This document shows positions 51,809 through 62,099 of a stretch of 64,000 bases of DNA, piece by piece. Numbering within the stretch: position 1 is the first letter of the stretch; each line of letters begins with the position of its first letter. The stretch covers positions 141,966 to 205,965 of the forward strand of contig CBDDCY010000005.1 of NCBI GenBank assembly GCA_965226435.1, given 5' to 3'. Both the position numbers and the translations under genes were made by a program. Under the pieces are notes generated by a model that saw nothing but the letters and a program-made list of their open reading frames with translations, was not told the DNA's origin and did not search any database. Origin of the DNA: Bryobacterales bacterium. Lineage in GTDB: Bacteria > Acidobacteriota > Terriglobia > Bryobacterales > UBA6623.

Positions 51809-52600
51809 GTGCGTCGCTACCTCGACCTCCTGATTCATTACTTCGGCCAATACGCCAAGGTGCGAATGGCCTACAAGGGCGATTTCTTCGTTTCGATCGT
51901 GACGACGATCGTCGCGACCGCGTTCGGGTTGGCGGTGGTCTTCCTGCTTTTCCAAAGAGCGCCGGAAATCGCCGGGTGGACCTTCCCGGAAATTCTGTTT
52001 CTCTACGGCTTCGGGCTGATTCCGCTGTCGCTTTTCAACCTGCTCAGCGTCAATCTCTACTATTTCGGTGAGGTCTATATCGTCGAGGGAAAATTCGACC
52101 GTGTGCTGCTGCGGCCGGTGCATTCTCTGTTTCAAGTGATGAGCGAGCAGTTTCGGCTCGAATCGGTGAGCGACACGTTGATCGGGTTGGCGATCGTGCT
52201 CTACACGAGCCGCGAGTTGGGTTTCGAATACGGCTTGGCGGATTGGGCGTTTCTGGTGTTCGCGGCGGTTTGCGGGCTGCTGATCTATACTTCCGTCTTC
52301 TTGATTCTCACCTGCGTTTCGTTTTGGGTGGAAGACCGCGTGGGCGTCATCCCGCCGGTGTACAATATGCTGGCCTTCGGGCGCTATCCGCTTTCGATCT
52401 ACAGCCCGATGATTCAATTTCTGCTGAGTTGGATTATCCCCTTCGGGTTCGCCGCTTTCTATCCCGCGTCGAAGTTGCTGGGCCGTGTCGAGTATGCCGG
52501 TTATGTGGTGTTTCTGCCGCTGGTCACGGTGGTTTTCATGACGCTGGCGGTCATGCTGTGGAATCGCGGCGTGCAGAATTATTCGAGCACCGGATCGTGA
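51809..52600 (+). CDS. ABC-2-type transporter permease (DUF990-like)
   Basis: Six hydrophobic segments. N-terminus MRRYLDLLIHYFGQYAKVRMAYKGDFF. GTG start. No ATPase partner is present in the window. Confidence 0.7.
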   Translation: MRRYLDLLIHYFGQYAKVRMAYKGDFFVSIVTTIVATAFGLAVVFLLFQRAPEIAGWTFPEILFLYGFGLIPLSLFNLLSVNLYYFGEVYIVEGKFDRVLLRPVHSLFQVMSEQFRLESVSDTLIGLAIVLYTSRELGFEYGLADWAFLVFAAVCGLLIYTSVFLILTCVSFWVEDRVGVIPPVYNMLAFGRYPLSIYSPMIQFLLSWIIPFGFAAFYPASKLLGRVEYAGYVVFLPLVTVVFMTLAVMLWNRGVQNYSSTGS

Positions 52601-52691
52601 GGAAATCACGTCCCGGAGCGTAAGCGACGGGTTCCGAACGCCGGCGTCGAACGCGAACGCCGCGCGATAGAATAGAGCAGCTGGAGGAACC

Positions 52692-53465
52692 ATGGCCACG
52701 CAAAGAGTCGCCCTTGTCACCGGAGGTTCGCGAGGCATCGGACGAGCCGCGGCCCTGCGCCTCGCCTCCGACGGCGCCGCCGTCGCGGTGAACTACAACA
52801 GCAAGGCCGCCGCGGCCGAAGAAGTCGTCGAGCAAATCGTGAGCGCCGGAGGGCGCGCCGTCGCGATCCAAGCCGATGTCGCCGACAAGAGCGCCGTCGA
52901 GTCGATGGTCACGCGAGCCGCCGACGAGTTGGGGCCGATCGATATCCTCGTCAACAACGCCGGATTGCTGATCCCCGGCGAGCTGCTCGACTTCAACGAA
53001 GACGACCTCGACCGCATGTGGAAGACCAACGTCAAGGGCGTGATCTATGCGACCCGGGCCGTGATCGAGTCGATGAGCGAACGCAAGTGGGGCCGCGTCA
53101 TCAATCTTTCCTCGAACGCCGCCATCGGGACGGCCATGGCCGGAACGACGATGTACGCCGCAACGAAAGCGGCCGTGCTGAGCCTCACCAAGCGTTTTGC
53201 CTTGGGGTTCGGCGAACACGGCGTCACGGTCAATGCGGTGCTGCCGGGCTTCACCGAAACTGATATGACGGTGGGCGGCAAGACTCCCGAGCAAAAACAG
53301 GAAATCATCGAACGCGTCAAGGCGCGCTCGGTGCTGGGTCGCACGGGAAGGCCCGACGACATCGCCAACGTGATCGCGTTTTTGGCCTCGGAGGAGTCCG
53401 GGTTCATGACCGGGCAATACCTGATGGCCGACGGCGGGCGGATCGATTATATTACGCGGACGTAG
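52692..53465 (+). CDS. SDR-family oxidoreductase (FabG-like)
   Basis: TGGSRGIG, NNAG and YAATKAA motifs. Confidence 0.88.
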   Translation: MATQRVALVTGGSRGIGRAAALRLASDGAAVAVNYNSKAAAAEEVVEQIVSAGGRAVAIQADVADKSAVESMVTRAADELGPIDILVNNAGLLIPGELLDFNEDDLDRMWKTNVKGVIYATRAVIESMSERKWGRVINLSSNAAIGTAMAGTTMYAATKAAVLSLTKRFALGFGEHGVTVNAVLPGFTETDMTVGGKTPEQKQEIIERVKARSVLGRTGRPDDIANVIAFLASEESGFMTGQYLMADGGRIDYITRT

Positions 53466-53513
53466 TTGACGGCGCACCCGGGCGGCCGACGGCCTCTCTG
53501 CTATTCTCGGTCC

Positions 53514-53798
53514 ATGGATCCGCTCGAAAAGGTGAGCTCGGAACTCAAAAAGTACGTCCATCCCTTACTTGATTTTTCGGTTCGTGACAACGAAGGGACG
53601 GTCGAGTTGGTGATCGACCTCAAGAACAGACCGCCCGACATTCATACGTATTACCTGCCGATTCATCCACGCGATCTCGACAGCCGGCAATTCCCTTGGA
53701 CACTCCAACGAATGATCTTCGACGGTTTGCACGACTACTTCGTCGAAATGTTCGTCTACACGCCGCAGAGCATCGATAACCCCGCCGCCCCTCGATGA
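53514..53798 (+). CDS. small hypothetical protein
   Basis: 94 aa. Its stop overlaps the next gene's ATG (ATGA). Confidence 0.5.
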   Translation: MDPLEKVSSELKKYVHPLLDFSVRDNEGTVELVIDLKNRPPDIHTYYLPIHPRDLDSRQFPWTLQRMIFDGLHDYFVEMFVYTPQSIDNPAAPR

Positions 53799-54781
53799 CA
53801 CCGCTCGAAGAACTGCTCGCCGCTGAAATCCGTCAACAAGAGTCGATCGGTTTCGAGCGCTTCATGGAGGCGGCACTCTATCATCCCGACTACGGCTACT
53901 ACCGACGCGCCCGCGACCCGTTCGGCTTCGAAGGCGATTTCTACACCAGCTCCCAAATGCAGCCGGTCTTCGGCCGCCTCTTGGCCCAAAAGATCGACGC
54001 CTGGCGCCGCGAGGTGGGTGCGCCCGCCGATTTCACCGTGGTCGAGCTGGGTGCCGGGCGCGGGGAAACAATCGCCGAAATCAAGCGTCGCCTGCCCGAC
54101 CTCGAAACCATCGCCGTCGATGTCGGCGGGGGAGAAATCCCCGAACGTTTCACGGGCGTCGTTCTGGCGAACGAGTTTTTCGACGCCTTGCCGGTCTCCT
54201 CGATCGAGCGCGGCCCGCTAGGGCTGATCGAGCATCGCGTCGGCCTCGCGGGCGAGCGATTCGTCTGGAAGCAGCAAGCCGCGAGCGACGCGAATTTCGA
54301 TGACTACATCGAACGCTACTTCCCCGCCCTGCCCGAGGGAAACCGCACGGAAGTGAATCGTCGGGCTCTCGACTACCTCGAGCGCATCGCCGAGCGCCTC
54401 GAAGCCGGGTATCTGTTGGCGATCGACTACGGCTACACGGCGGACGAAATCGCCCGCGGCGGCCGTCTCCCCCAGGGATCGCTGATGAGCTACCAACGCC
54501 ATCGCTCCAACGACGACGTGTTGACCGAACCGGGAAGCCGTGATATCACCTCGCACGTCAACTTTTCGGCGCTCGACATCCGCGCCCGTGAGCTGGGTTT
54601 CGTGACCGAACCGTTGCGGAGCCAGACCGCCTTCCTGATGGAAATCGGGGAGCCCGATGATTTCCAAGCCGCGCTCGGGGGCGCGAACACCGCCGATGAC
54701 TTCGACCTCCGCATGAAGCTCAAGAGTCTGCTGTTTGGAATCGGAGAAACGTTTCGAGTATTCGTGGCGCGGAAGGGATGA
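53795..54781 (+). CDS. SAM-dependent methyltransferase, MidA/NDUFAF7 (DUF185) family
   Basis: FMEAALYHPDYGYY...FYTSSQM...VVELGAGRGE...ANEFFDALP. Confidence 0.85.
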   Translation: MTPLEELLAAEIRQQESIGFERFMEAALYHPDYGYYRRARDPFGFEGDFYTSSQMQPVFGRLLAQKIDAWRREVGAPADFTVVELGAGRGETIAEIKRRLPDLETIAVDVGGGEIPERFTGVVLANEFFDALPVSSIERGPLGLIEHRVGLAGERFVWKQQAASDANFDDYIERYFPALPEGNRTEVNRRALDYLERIAERLEAGYLLAIDYGYTADEIARGGRLPQGSLMSYQRHRSNDDVLTEPGSRDITSHVNFSALDIRARELGFVTEPLRSQTAFLMEIGEPDDFQAALGGANTADDFDLRMKLKSLLFGIGETFRVFVARKG

Positions 54782-54826
54782 CGGAAATAGAGCCCTCGAT
54801 AGCGGCTGCTATACTCCCTTACAGTC

Positions 54827-55618
54827 ATGCCCGCCGAGTCCGAACAGCCGGACTTTTCCACCCTCGCCGGCCGCACTTTTTCTTTCTATCCGGCAATCCG
54901 CAATCTAGAGCACAACGAATGGACGCTTGAGCGCCGGACGTGGTCGGAAGTGCTGGTCCGCAATCTCTCGAGCCGTGAAGAGATTTGGATTCCCCGCAAC
55001 TATCTGGGGGCAGTGAGCAGCTCGGACTCACCGGTCTTGATCGTCGGCTTGCACCGCGAGTTGGAGCTCAAAGCCGGCGCGGTTTGGCTCTTCAACAAAC
55101 GCGTCATCGAGATGCCGCGCCCGCGCTCCGGCGAAGTATCTCCCACCGCATCGGGATCCGGTGAAGCGTCCGCGGGGACCGACTCTCCCGCGACGGAGTC
55201 GTGGCTGAGTCGCTTTGTCGGGGGAGCGATCGCGGCCGGTGTAGGGCTGTGTCTGTTGTTGGTCATTTTCGTCTCCGAGGGCATGCCCGACCCCGCCGCC
55301 TGGTTTGCGCAAGTCTCCATCGAGACCTCGGATCAGCGCTATTTGGGGTTGAGCGGAGAAGACGGCTATCACGACATCGTGATCCGCGTCGGTCGGCCCG
55401 ATGCCGAGCATTGGATCACGCCGGAAGCCGCGCAACTGCAATTTCAATTGCTCTCCTACCGTTCGCGTTCCTACGCCGTCGTCTTGATGGGACCCGAGCG
55501 CGGCGGCGCTCGCTATGTCGGCACGATCCATTTGCCGTCGAGGCGGCTGTTGGACTCGGCACCCCTTCCCGGTGGCGGTTCGACGGCGGCGATGATGCGC
55601 CATCTGCCGGAGTTTTGA
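54827..55618 (+). CDS. hypothetical protein with one TM segment
   Basis: 263-aa ORF with a central TM (GGAIAAGVGLCLLLVIFV). No family recognised. Confidence 0.55.
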   Translation: MPAESEQPDFSTLAGRTFSFYPAIRNLEHNEWTLERRTWSEVLVRNLSSREEIWIPRNYLGAVSSSDSPVLIVGLHRELELKAGAVWLFNKRVIEMPRPRSGEVSPTASGSGEASAGTDSPATESWLSRFVGGAIAAGVGLCLLLVIFVSEGMPDPAAWFAQVSIETSDQRYLGLSGEDGYHDIVIRVGRPDAEHWITPEAAQLQFQLLSYRSRSYAVVLMGPERGGARYVGTIHLPSRRLLDSAPLPGGGSTAAMMRHLPEF

Positions 55619-55658
55619 ACCCTCGTTTTCGCGGCCTCGAAAGCGCTATCATCTTTCG

Positions 55659-56195
55659 TTGCCCATGGAATCGTTCATGACGCGTCGCGCCCTGCCTGGA
55701 ATCCTGCTCTTTCTTACGCTCGTTTCGTGCTCCCCCGACGGTTCGGTCCCGGCTGAGTCCCCCGATTCAGCCCCCGTCCCGGCTTTGTTTCTCTCCGCGT
55801 TGCAGGTAGCCGACCCGCGCGCGGAAGTCCAGCTCGTCAAGGGATTTCACCGCGTCGAGCAAGGGTCGTGGCGGTGGACGGATAGAACTTTCTCTGTTCT
55901 GTTCCGAAACTCCGTGACGGGCGGCGACCTTGAACTCGAGTTCCGGTTCACCATCGTTCCTCAATCGATAGACCGATTGGGGCCGTTGACGCTGTCGGCC
56001 GCCGCCAATGGAACGTCACTGGGCGCCGCGGTTTACGATCAGCCCGGAGATTTTATCTATGCCGAGACGGCGCCCGCCGATGATCTCGATAATTCGACGG
56101 TCCGCATCGATTTCACACTGGATAAAGCATTGCCGCCCAACGGCGGCGAGCAGCGCACCCTGGGCGTGATCGCGGTGTCGGCGGCGCTGCAATAG
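55659..56195 (+). CDS. hypothetical lipoprotein
   Basis: Lipobox LLFLTLVSCSPDG. The start may be the internal ATG at 55677. Confidence 0.55.
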   Translation: MPMESFMTRRALPGILLFLTLVSCSPDGSVPAESPDSAPVPALFLSALQVADPRAEVQLVKGFHRVEQGSWRWTDRTFSVLFRNSVTGGDLELEFRFTIVPQSIDRLGPLTLSAAANGTSLGAAVYDQPGDFIYAETAPADDLDNSTVRIDFTLDKALPPNGGEQRTLGVIAVSAALQ

Positions 56196-56216
56196 AGTCA
56201 CCGAATCGGGGCCGCG

Positions 56217-56480
56217 TCAGTCAGGATCAGGGTCTTGGCGGGCAAGGGGCTTGAGGCCGCCAAGCGTATTTTGGAGTCGCCGCCTGACGGCCGGGTCGGT
56301 CCAATCGGAAACAACGGCCTGACGATTGAGCACGGCCAGTTCGGTACGAAAGATCTCAATCTCGCGCGGTGCGATGACGCCGATTTTCACCTGCGAGCGG
56401 CTGAGCTGCAAGATCCGCACCTCGACGTCGTCGCCGACGCGGAACGATTCGCCCTGCTGCCGTCGAAAAACCAACATCAC
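56217..56480 (-). CDS. csrA: carbon storage regulator CsrA
   Basis: MLVFRRQQGESFRVGDDVEVRILQLSRSQVKIGVIAPREIEIFRTEL. Confidence 0.9.
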   Translation of the reverse strand: MMLVFRRQQGESFRVGDDVEVRILQLSRSQVKIGVIAPREIEIFRTELAVLNRQAVVSDWTDPAVRRRLQNTLGGLKPLARQDPDPD

Positions 56481-56896
56481 TAATCCAACAGCGGCCGCGC
56501 CGCCGAGTAATCGCTGTCGAGTTGGAGAACTTGCTTGGCTCGCCGCGTGACGACGTTGACCACGATCGGGGCAAACAAATTACAAGTCGGCGGTTTCGTT
56601 TCGTCGGCCAAGACCAACACCAACAGGCAAAGGGCATCGCGGCCGACATCAGGTGGGCCCTCGAAACCCAACAACCGACAGTCTTCATCATCGACGTTGA
56701 GGCTGTAACCGGCTTCAACGGCCTCGGCCGGCACGACGGGTAGGCGGATTCGTTCGTCGTCGACGGCTTGGAAAAACAGAATCGGCTCGAAGCCGTCGGG
56801 ACGGATAATCACAAAGCGAGTTTCATCCTCGAACCCCGGCAGACCTTCGGGAAAAGTGATGGCGCTCTCGTCGGTGGGGGTGGCGTTTTCGCTCAT
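56480..56896 (-). CDS. fliW: flagellar assembly factor FliW (CsrA antagonist)
   Basis: ITFPEGLPGFEDETRFVII...NLFAPIVVN. ATG at 56896. Its stop overlaps the csrA start. Confidence 0.85.
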   Translation of the reverse strand: MSENATPTDESAITFPEGLPGFEDETRFVIIRPDGFEPILFFQAVDDERIRLPVVPAEAVEAGYSLNVDDEDCRLLGFEGPPDVGRDALCLLVLVLADETKPPTCNLFAPIVVNVVTRRAKQVLQLDSDYSAARPLLD

Positions 56897-57022
56897 GCGG
56901 TCATCGGGACAACGACGGCTGTTGTGGATTGGGGCGGGTCGATTCCAGTGCGTCGCGCGGGCCGGCCCGCATTTCTCACCGCCTGACAGGCAAAGCACAC
57001 GATAGGCCCGCCATTACTTCGT

Positions 57023-58300
57023 CTAGACCAATAACTTTGACGGCAGAGGGTCAGCGTCGGCCCCGGCGGCCCGCGAGCGGAACCAACAGTAATCGAGTTC
57101 CCAAAGTGAGCGGAAGAAATTCGAGGCGAACTCGACGATATCCCCGTCGGTCGCACTCGCGCCGAGCGACGTTGCGATGTCGGTGACGGAAGAGACTCCG
57201 TCGATTGCGTTGAACAGCGCCCCTTGCAGCGGGTCGACCAAGGCTGAAATTTCCGGATAATGATGCGCGTCCCAGCTAAGGCGGGCGGATAGACCGGCGG
57301 CGAGGCCTTCCTCGACAATCGTCAGGCCGGGGTTGCGGATGGGGACGGCTTCGGGCACTCGCGCGGCTTCGTACCCCAACTCGCGAGTTAAGGCGGGCCG
57401 TTCGTCGCGACAGACGATGAGTTCGTGCATCGGCATGCCGCCGCGATATAGTTCAACAATTCCGGCCTGCTCAACCGGAGACAGCGAGCCGATCTTCGCG
57501 AAGATCTCCGGCGACTTGGCGAGAAAGGTGCATCGCGGGTTGTAGTGCGCCTGATAAAAGGGCCGCTGCATCTCCAAGCCGCTGTCTTCGAGCAAACGGC
57601 ACAACCCGCCGAAATCGAAAGCATGCTCGCGCGGCTCGAGCAAAGCGTCAACCATCGCGGGTTCGGCGGCCCAGGCGCGAAGCTGCCCCCCGGCCGTCCC
57701 ATGCACGTCGCCCTGGGCGAGTTGTTCGAGAATGCGGCGCGTCGTGGCGGTGTCGGGCGGCTCGGCGGAACCCGTCAGCCGCTCGACGAGGCCCCGCAGC
57801 ATATGGATGCCGTGGCGTCCGTGACGTCCGAACATCTGTAACACGATCGACCCCGTCGGACGAAGTGCCGACCGCAGCGCCCGCAAGCCGCGAGCCGGGT
57901 CCGGCAGGTAGCACAACTCGCCGTTCGAGAAAATCAAATGGAAACGCGGCCCATCCGAACCCGCTTCGCCGATCGGCAAATCAGCGGTCTCAAGGTTTGT
58001 CAAGCCATGGCGTTCCCGTTCGCGGTTGAGTCGCTCGATCCGATCGGGCCGCGTATCCAGCGCCGTGATACGACTTGCCGGATTGGTCAAGGCCAACTGC
58101 ACCGCTTGATCCGATCCGCGGCCAACGACCAAGATGTCAAGATCTTCGCGATACGGCGCGGTCGGAAAATAGACGTGAAACCAGTGGCGTGGACTGCCGA
58201 CGACCGTCGCCTCGCCCGAGCGAAGCGAGTCGAATCCGCCGGCGGGATCCGACGCGGTCACGAAGTCAGCTGTTTCCCGGTCTGTCGCCGTAGGCGCCAT
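57023..58300 (-). CDS. class I SAM-dependent methyltransferase with a C-terminal extension
   Basis: ILVVGRGSDQAVQLAL...ITALD (motif I/II-like). 425 aa. Confidence 0.7.
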   Translation of the reverse strand: MAPTATDRETADFVTASDPAGGFDSLRSGEATVVGSPRHWFHVYFPTAPYREDLDILVVGRGSDQAVQLALTNPASRITALDTRPDRIERLNRERERHGLTNLETADLPIGEAGSDGPRFHLIFSNGELCYLPDPARGLRALRSALRPTGSIVLQMFGRHGRHGIHMLRGLVERLTGSAEPPDTATTRRILEQLAQGDVHGTAGGQLRAWAAEPAMVDALLEPREHAFDFGGLCRLLEDSGLEMQRPFYQAHYNPRCTFLAKSPEIFAKIGSLSPVEQAGIVELYRGGMPMHELIVCRDERPALTRELGYEAARVPEAVPIRNPGLTIVEEGLAAGLSARLSWDAHHYPEISALVDPLQGALFNAIDGVSSVTDIATSLGASATDGDIVEFASNFFRSLWELDYCWFRSRAAGADADPLPSKLLV

Positions 58301-58489
58301 ATGGACACACTTAGGACCGGCCGCCTCGCGGACGGGCGGTCATACCAAAGAAAATCGGCGATTGCCCGCCGGGTGTTTATGGGGGACTACGATTTCCGCG
58401 AAGGAAAAGGGGGTTGACGGGGTGCGGTAAGCGGCTGAAAGCCGGTCGCTACCGGGGATCTCAACACCGACCGTTCCGAGAAATGCAGG

Positions 58490-59719
58490 CTAGATCGAGA
58501 AGGTCCGGCCGCGGTTTTGGCCGATCAACACTTGGAACAGCCGGTGCGTGATCAACTCATGCAGCGACAGCAACTCTTGGTTCGCCGCGACGATCTCGTC
58601 AAGGTCGTCCGAGTCGGTCCCGCCGGCTTTCAAGGCGTCGGTGGCTTCCTTGATGATCGGGTCGGAAATGGCTTCGCCGGCGATCTCCCATAGAGTGATG
58701 AAGCGGTCGACGGCGGTCGGGAAGCTGATCTTGAAAACGCCGTGCTTGCTGGTCGTGCGGGGCGGCTTGAAGTCGAGGTTAAACGGTCCATCGTAGCCGT
58801 GCGAGCGCAGCAGGACGAGCACGTTGAGCCAGTCGAGCGGGTTGACGAGCCCGACGCCCAAATCGACATCGTGTTTGAGCGGATAGCCGTCATTAATATC
58901 GAAATGCCACAGCTTGCCGCACAGCAGAGCCCGAGCCAGGGCCGCGCGACAGGCCGCGCCCCACATCAACTCGTGCAGGTATTCCGGATTCAATCCCACC
59001 ATCTCGGGGTGCTTGAGAAGCCCGCTGCTGATGAACGCCAGCATGGCGTCGCTTGACGGCAGGATGATCTGCGAAACCGGCTCGAAGGGCTTTGCTTCGA
59101 GACAGTGCTTCATCGTCGAGCGGCCCTTTTCCTTGGCGACTTCGATGTCCTTTTCACAGGCCGCGTTCATGCCGTCGGCGAACCAGCGTAACGTCTGGGT
59201 CTCGTCGATCACGCCTTGAATCATGTAGCCCAACGTACCGGGCCAATAGACCACGAACTGGGCGCCCAACTCATGACCGATTTCGACCATATTCCGCAGC
59301 CGACGCGATGTGTATTGGCGAACCTCGGGCGCCTCGGCCGCGCCCGACGCGGCGAACACCGGATGATGGAACGTCTCGCAAGTGACCATCGAGCAGCGCA
59401 CGCCGTTCTCCGAAAGCGCTTTGTTGATGCGCTCGACGATTTCCCACTGTCCTTCGGTCAGCAGCGTGTCGGTCGGGATCACGTCGCTGTCATGAGTGGT
59501 CCAGCAAGGAATGCCGATTCGGCCCAAATGCTCGATCGCTTCCTCGAAACCGACCGGGGGGCGGGTGGGGGCATGGAACAGCGCCTGTCCTTCGTACGCC
59601 GCCGCCCATTGCGGTCCGCTGATGAAATACTTGCGCCGCTGCTCGGGCGTGTAGCTACCGCCGCAGGAGTCCATGAGGCGGTCCACGAGAGAGATTTGTT
59701 GTTCCTGGAGAATCGACAT
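58490..59719 (-). CDS. xylose-isomerase-like TIM-barrel protein
   Basis: WTTHDSDVIP (compare the FHDxD motif of xylose isomerases), VVYWPGTLGY. 409 aa. Confidence 0.7.
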   Translation of the reverse strand: MSILQEQQISLVDRLMDSCGGSYTPEQRRKYFISGPQWAAAYEGQALFHAPTRPPVGFEEAIEHLGRIGIPCWTTHDSDVIPTDTLLTEGQWEIVERINKALSENGVRCSMVTCETFHHPVFAASGAAEAPEVRQYTSRRLRNMVEIGHELGAQFVVYWPGTLGYMIQGVIDETQTLRWFADGMNAACEKDIEVAKEKGRSTMKHCLEAKPFEPVSQIILPSSDAMLAFISSGLLKHPEMVGLNPEYLHELMWGAACRAALARALLCGKLWHFDINDGYPLKHDVDLGVGLVNPLDWLNVLVLLRSHGYDGPFNLDFKPPRTTSKHGVFKISFPTAVDRFITLWEIAGEAISDPIIKEATDALKAGGTDSDDLDEIVAANQELLSLHELITHRLFQVLIGQNRGRTFSI

Positions 59720-59767
59720 AACTCAGTCAAGTATACGATGAGCGGTTTTGAAAAAACAGCACCGCCG

Positions 59768-60793
59768 CTATCGAGCAAAGACCGGTTGCACCCAGGCCGC
59801 CTCGCCCCGCGACGACGTCACCTTGGCCCGCACGTACGGTTCACCCGGCTTCAACGTATATGCCGGGTTGTTGTCGAACGAGCGTTCCAGCAGCTTGCCG
59901 CCCTTGCCGATGAAGTCGGTCGTGTATTTCATGGGGTTTCCGCCATTGACCTTGTCGGAAACGATATCGATACGCAACCCGTCGCTCAGCCACCCGACAT
60001 CGTCGAGCACGACGCCGGTCGACGAGTAAAAACGCCCTTTCTCGATGGCCTCGAGAATCGCCTCGGTCGAAAGCTTGGGGGCCTTAACACTGACCCAGCC
60101 CCGGCCCGGGTTGGAATAGTTCGGTCCGAGCACCTTAAAAACATGCGCGTCGTCCACCGCGATGCCGTAAACCCGATTCCCCGACGAAAGCACGGCGTCC
60201 CACAAAGCATCAAGTCCCGGGCTTCCTCCCCCGCCCGCATTGTGAGTGGCGGGGTGCCCGTTGTAGATCTCGAACAAATGCAGGTTTCGTACCCGTGCCA
60301 ACTCGTCCGGCGTCACGGCCCAGAGAAAGTTGGGGTGGTTGAGCGAGGGGATGCCGCCGGCTTCGAGAATCGCGTCGACGTTTTTCTGAATCGTATCGAC
60401 GACACCGTCGCCGAACACCGGAGGAACCGTGTGACGAACGTTCAAACCGTTAATGTGTAACGGCTTCTTTTCGAATCCGGAAGTGACCTCTTCTCCCGGG
60501 ATCAGCAAGAAGCGCTCCTCGGCGGCGAAGATCGAATTCAGCCCGTCGGGGTCGGTTCGATAATCGTGATCGGTGAGAAATAAGAAGTTGTAACGGTGTT
60601 CCTTATACCAGCGCGCCACCGCGTCCGGCGAGCTGTCGCCGTCGCTGTTGATGGTGTGGGTGTGGAGATTGCCCTTGTACCAGCGCTCCGCCGAGTCGGA
60701 CGGCGTTTGCGCCGCCGGCAACAGAACCCACGTTAACCCGAGCAGCAGCGGGAACCCCGCGCGCAGCCAAAGATGCCGTCCCGAAATTTGCAT
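59768..60793 (-). CDS. PHP-domain (CehA/McbA-like) metallohydrolase, secreted
   Basis: YKGNLHTHTINSDGDSSP...FLFLTDHD. Confidence 0.8.
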   Translation of the reverse strand: MQISGRHLWLRAGFPLLLGLTWVLLPAAQTPSDSAERWYKGNLHTHTINSDGDSSPDAVARWYKEHRYNFLFLTDHDYRTDPDGLNSIFAAEERFLLIPGEEVTSGFEKKPLHINGLNVRHTVPPVFGDGVVDTIQKNVDAILEAGGIPSLNHPNFLWAVTPDELARVRNLHLFEIYNGHPATHNAGGGGSPGLDALWDAVLSSGNRVYGIAVDDAHVFKVLGPNYSNPGRGWVSVKAPKLSTEAILEAIEKGRFYSSTGVVLDDVGWLSDGLRIDIVSDKVNGGNPMKYTTDFIGKGGKLLERSFDNNPAYTLKPGEPYVRAKVTSSRGEAAWVQPVFAR

Positions 60794-60836
60794 GTCCCCA
60801 ACCTAGCACAGCGCGCTTTGGAGAATCGAAACCCCT

Positions 60837-61367
60837 TTAATGAACCACGATGTCGACCGCGGCGACGGTTTGCGCCCAGGCGATCTTCAGCGTGCCTTTG
60901 TCGCCCGACGCCGGCTCGATCGTGATGGTGAGCTGTTCCAACGGCGCGTCCAGCCCGGAGATCTTCATCGCCGTCCGGCCTAGGTCTTGGCCCGAGTCGT
61001 AGTCGAAAGCGCCCCATTGCTTCGCTGTCTTGTTGAGCACCAGAGTCCATTCCTTCTCGCCGGGAATAGTGAACAGCCCATAGGTTCCCTTGGGGACATG
61101 AACATCGCCGATCATCAAATCGGCTTCCGTGGTGATTGTGGTCGCTTCATCGGCGCCGGTTCGCCAGACCTTATCGAAGGGGACCAGGCCGCCGTAGATT
61201 TTTCGTCCCTTCTGATAGGGCCGGCCGTACTCGATTGTGATGGTCTTGCCCGCAATCGCTCCCGCTGTCGATACGTGAGGGCTCTTACGCGGCTGCTGCG
61301 CCCCCATCGTCGCCGTCAAGCTGAAAATCGCCGCAATCGGCAGAATGTATCGAATTGTCTTTCGCAT
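60837..61367 (-). CDS. DUF2911 secreted protein
   Basis: Signal peptide MRKTIRYILPIAAIFSLTA, then ...VWRTGADEATTITT...VPKGTYGLFTIPG...WTLVLNK. ATG at 61367. Confidence 0.8.
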   Translation of the reverse strand: MRKTIRYILPIAAIFSLTATMGAQQPRKSPHVSTAGAIAGKTITIEYGRPYQKGRKIYGGLVPFDKVWRTGADEATTITTEADLMIGDVHVPKGTYGLFTIPGEKEWTLVLNKTAKQWGAFDYDSGQDLGRTAMKISGLDAPLEQLTITIEPASGDKGTLKIAWAQTVAAVDIVVH

Positions 61368-61481
61368 GGTGGAATGTCCTCTTTCGACCATCGTAACAAG
61401 CAGGCTCCCCACAGGCTCGCAACCGGCCGACGGGAGACTGTCGTCGTTGCTACCATAGCCGAAGACCGGAGGGAGATCATC

Positions 61482-61820
61482 ATGTCGAAACTCGCCGAAA
61501 AACAGTGCATTCCCTGTCGCGGGGGTGTGCCTCCCTTGACCAACGAGGAAATAGCGCCGCTGGCGGCGGAGGTCCCCGCCTGGAACGTGGTCGACGAGCA
61601 TCATCTCGACCGGACCTATGCGTTCAGCAATTTCCGGGAGGCTCTCGATTTCACCAATCAAGTCGGCGAACTAGCGGAAGAGCAAGGCCACCACCCCGAT
61701 ATCTATTTGGCCTGGGGCAAGGTAGGCGTTCAGCTCTGGACCCACAAGATCGACGGCCTCACCGAGAGCGATTTCGTCATGGCCGCCAAGATCGAACGCC
61801 TCCAGGAAAAGCAGCCCTAA
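61482..61820 (+). CDS. phhB: pterin-4-alpha-carbinolamine dehydratase
   Basis: ...FREALDFTNQVGELAEEQGHHPDIYLAWGKVGVQLWTHKIDGLTESDF. GGAGGGAG RBS upstream. Confidence 0.9.
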   Translation: MSKLAEKQCIPCRGGVPPLTNEEIAPLAAEVPAWNVVDEHHLDRTYAFSNFREALDFTNQVGELAEEQGHHPDIYLAWGKVGVQLWTHKIDGLTESDFVMAAKIERLQEKQP

Positions 61821-61846
61821 AGGCGACAGCGAATTTCACGACGACC

Positions 61847-62095
61847 TCAGTCGTCCTCGGGCAGGTCGGCTTGATCTTCCAACTGCTCAAGAAGTTTCGC
61901 GACCAGCGCCTTTTGGCCGTAATCGAAATCGTTGCCGGCCGGATCGGGATCGTGCGCCGAGATCCACAGCTTGAGCATTTCCGTTACCGGGTGGGCCACC
62001 GATTCCTCCGCGCCGGGCTCGAAGCGCAGCGGAATCTCGCTTTGTTGAATCGAGTGGATAAGCAGTTCGGAAAATTTCATGGCAATCGGTTGCAT
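61847..62095 (-). CDS. small acidic hypothetical protein (start 62095 or 62080)
   Basis: ORF MQPIAMKFSELLIHSIQQSEIPLRFEPGAEE... No family recognised. Confidence 0.4.
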   Translation of the reverse strand: MQPIAMKFSELLIHSIQQSEIPLRFEPGAEESVAHPVTEMLKLWISAHDPDPAGNDFDYGQKALVAKLLEQLEDQADLPEDD

Positions 62096-62099
62096 AGTA

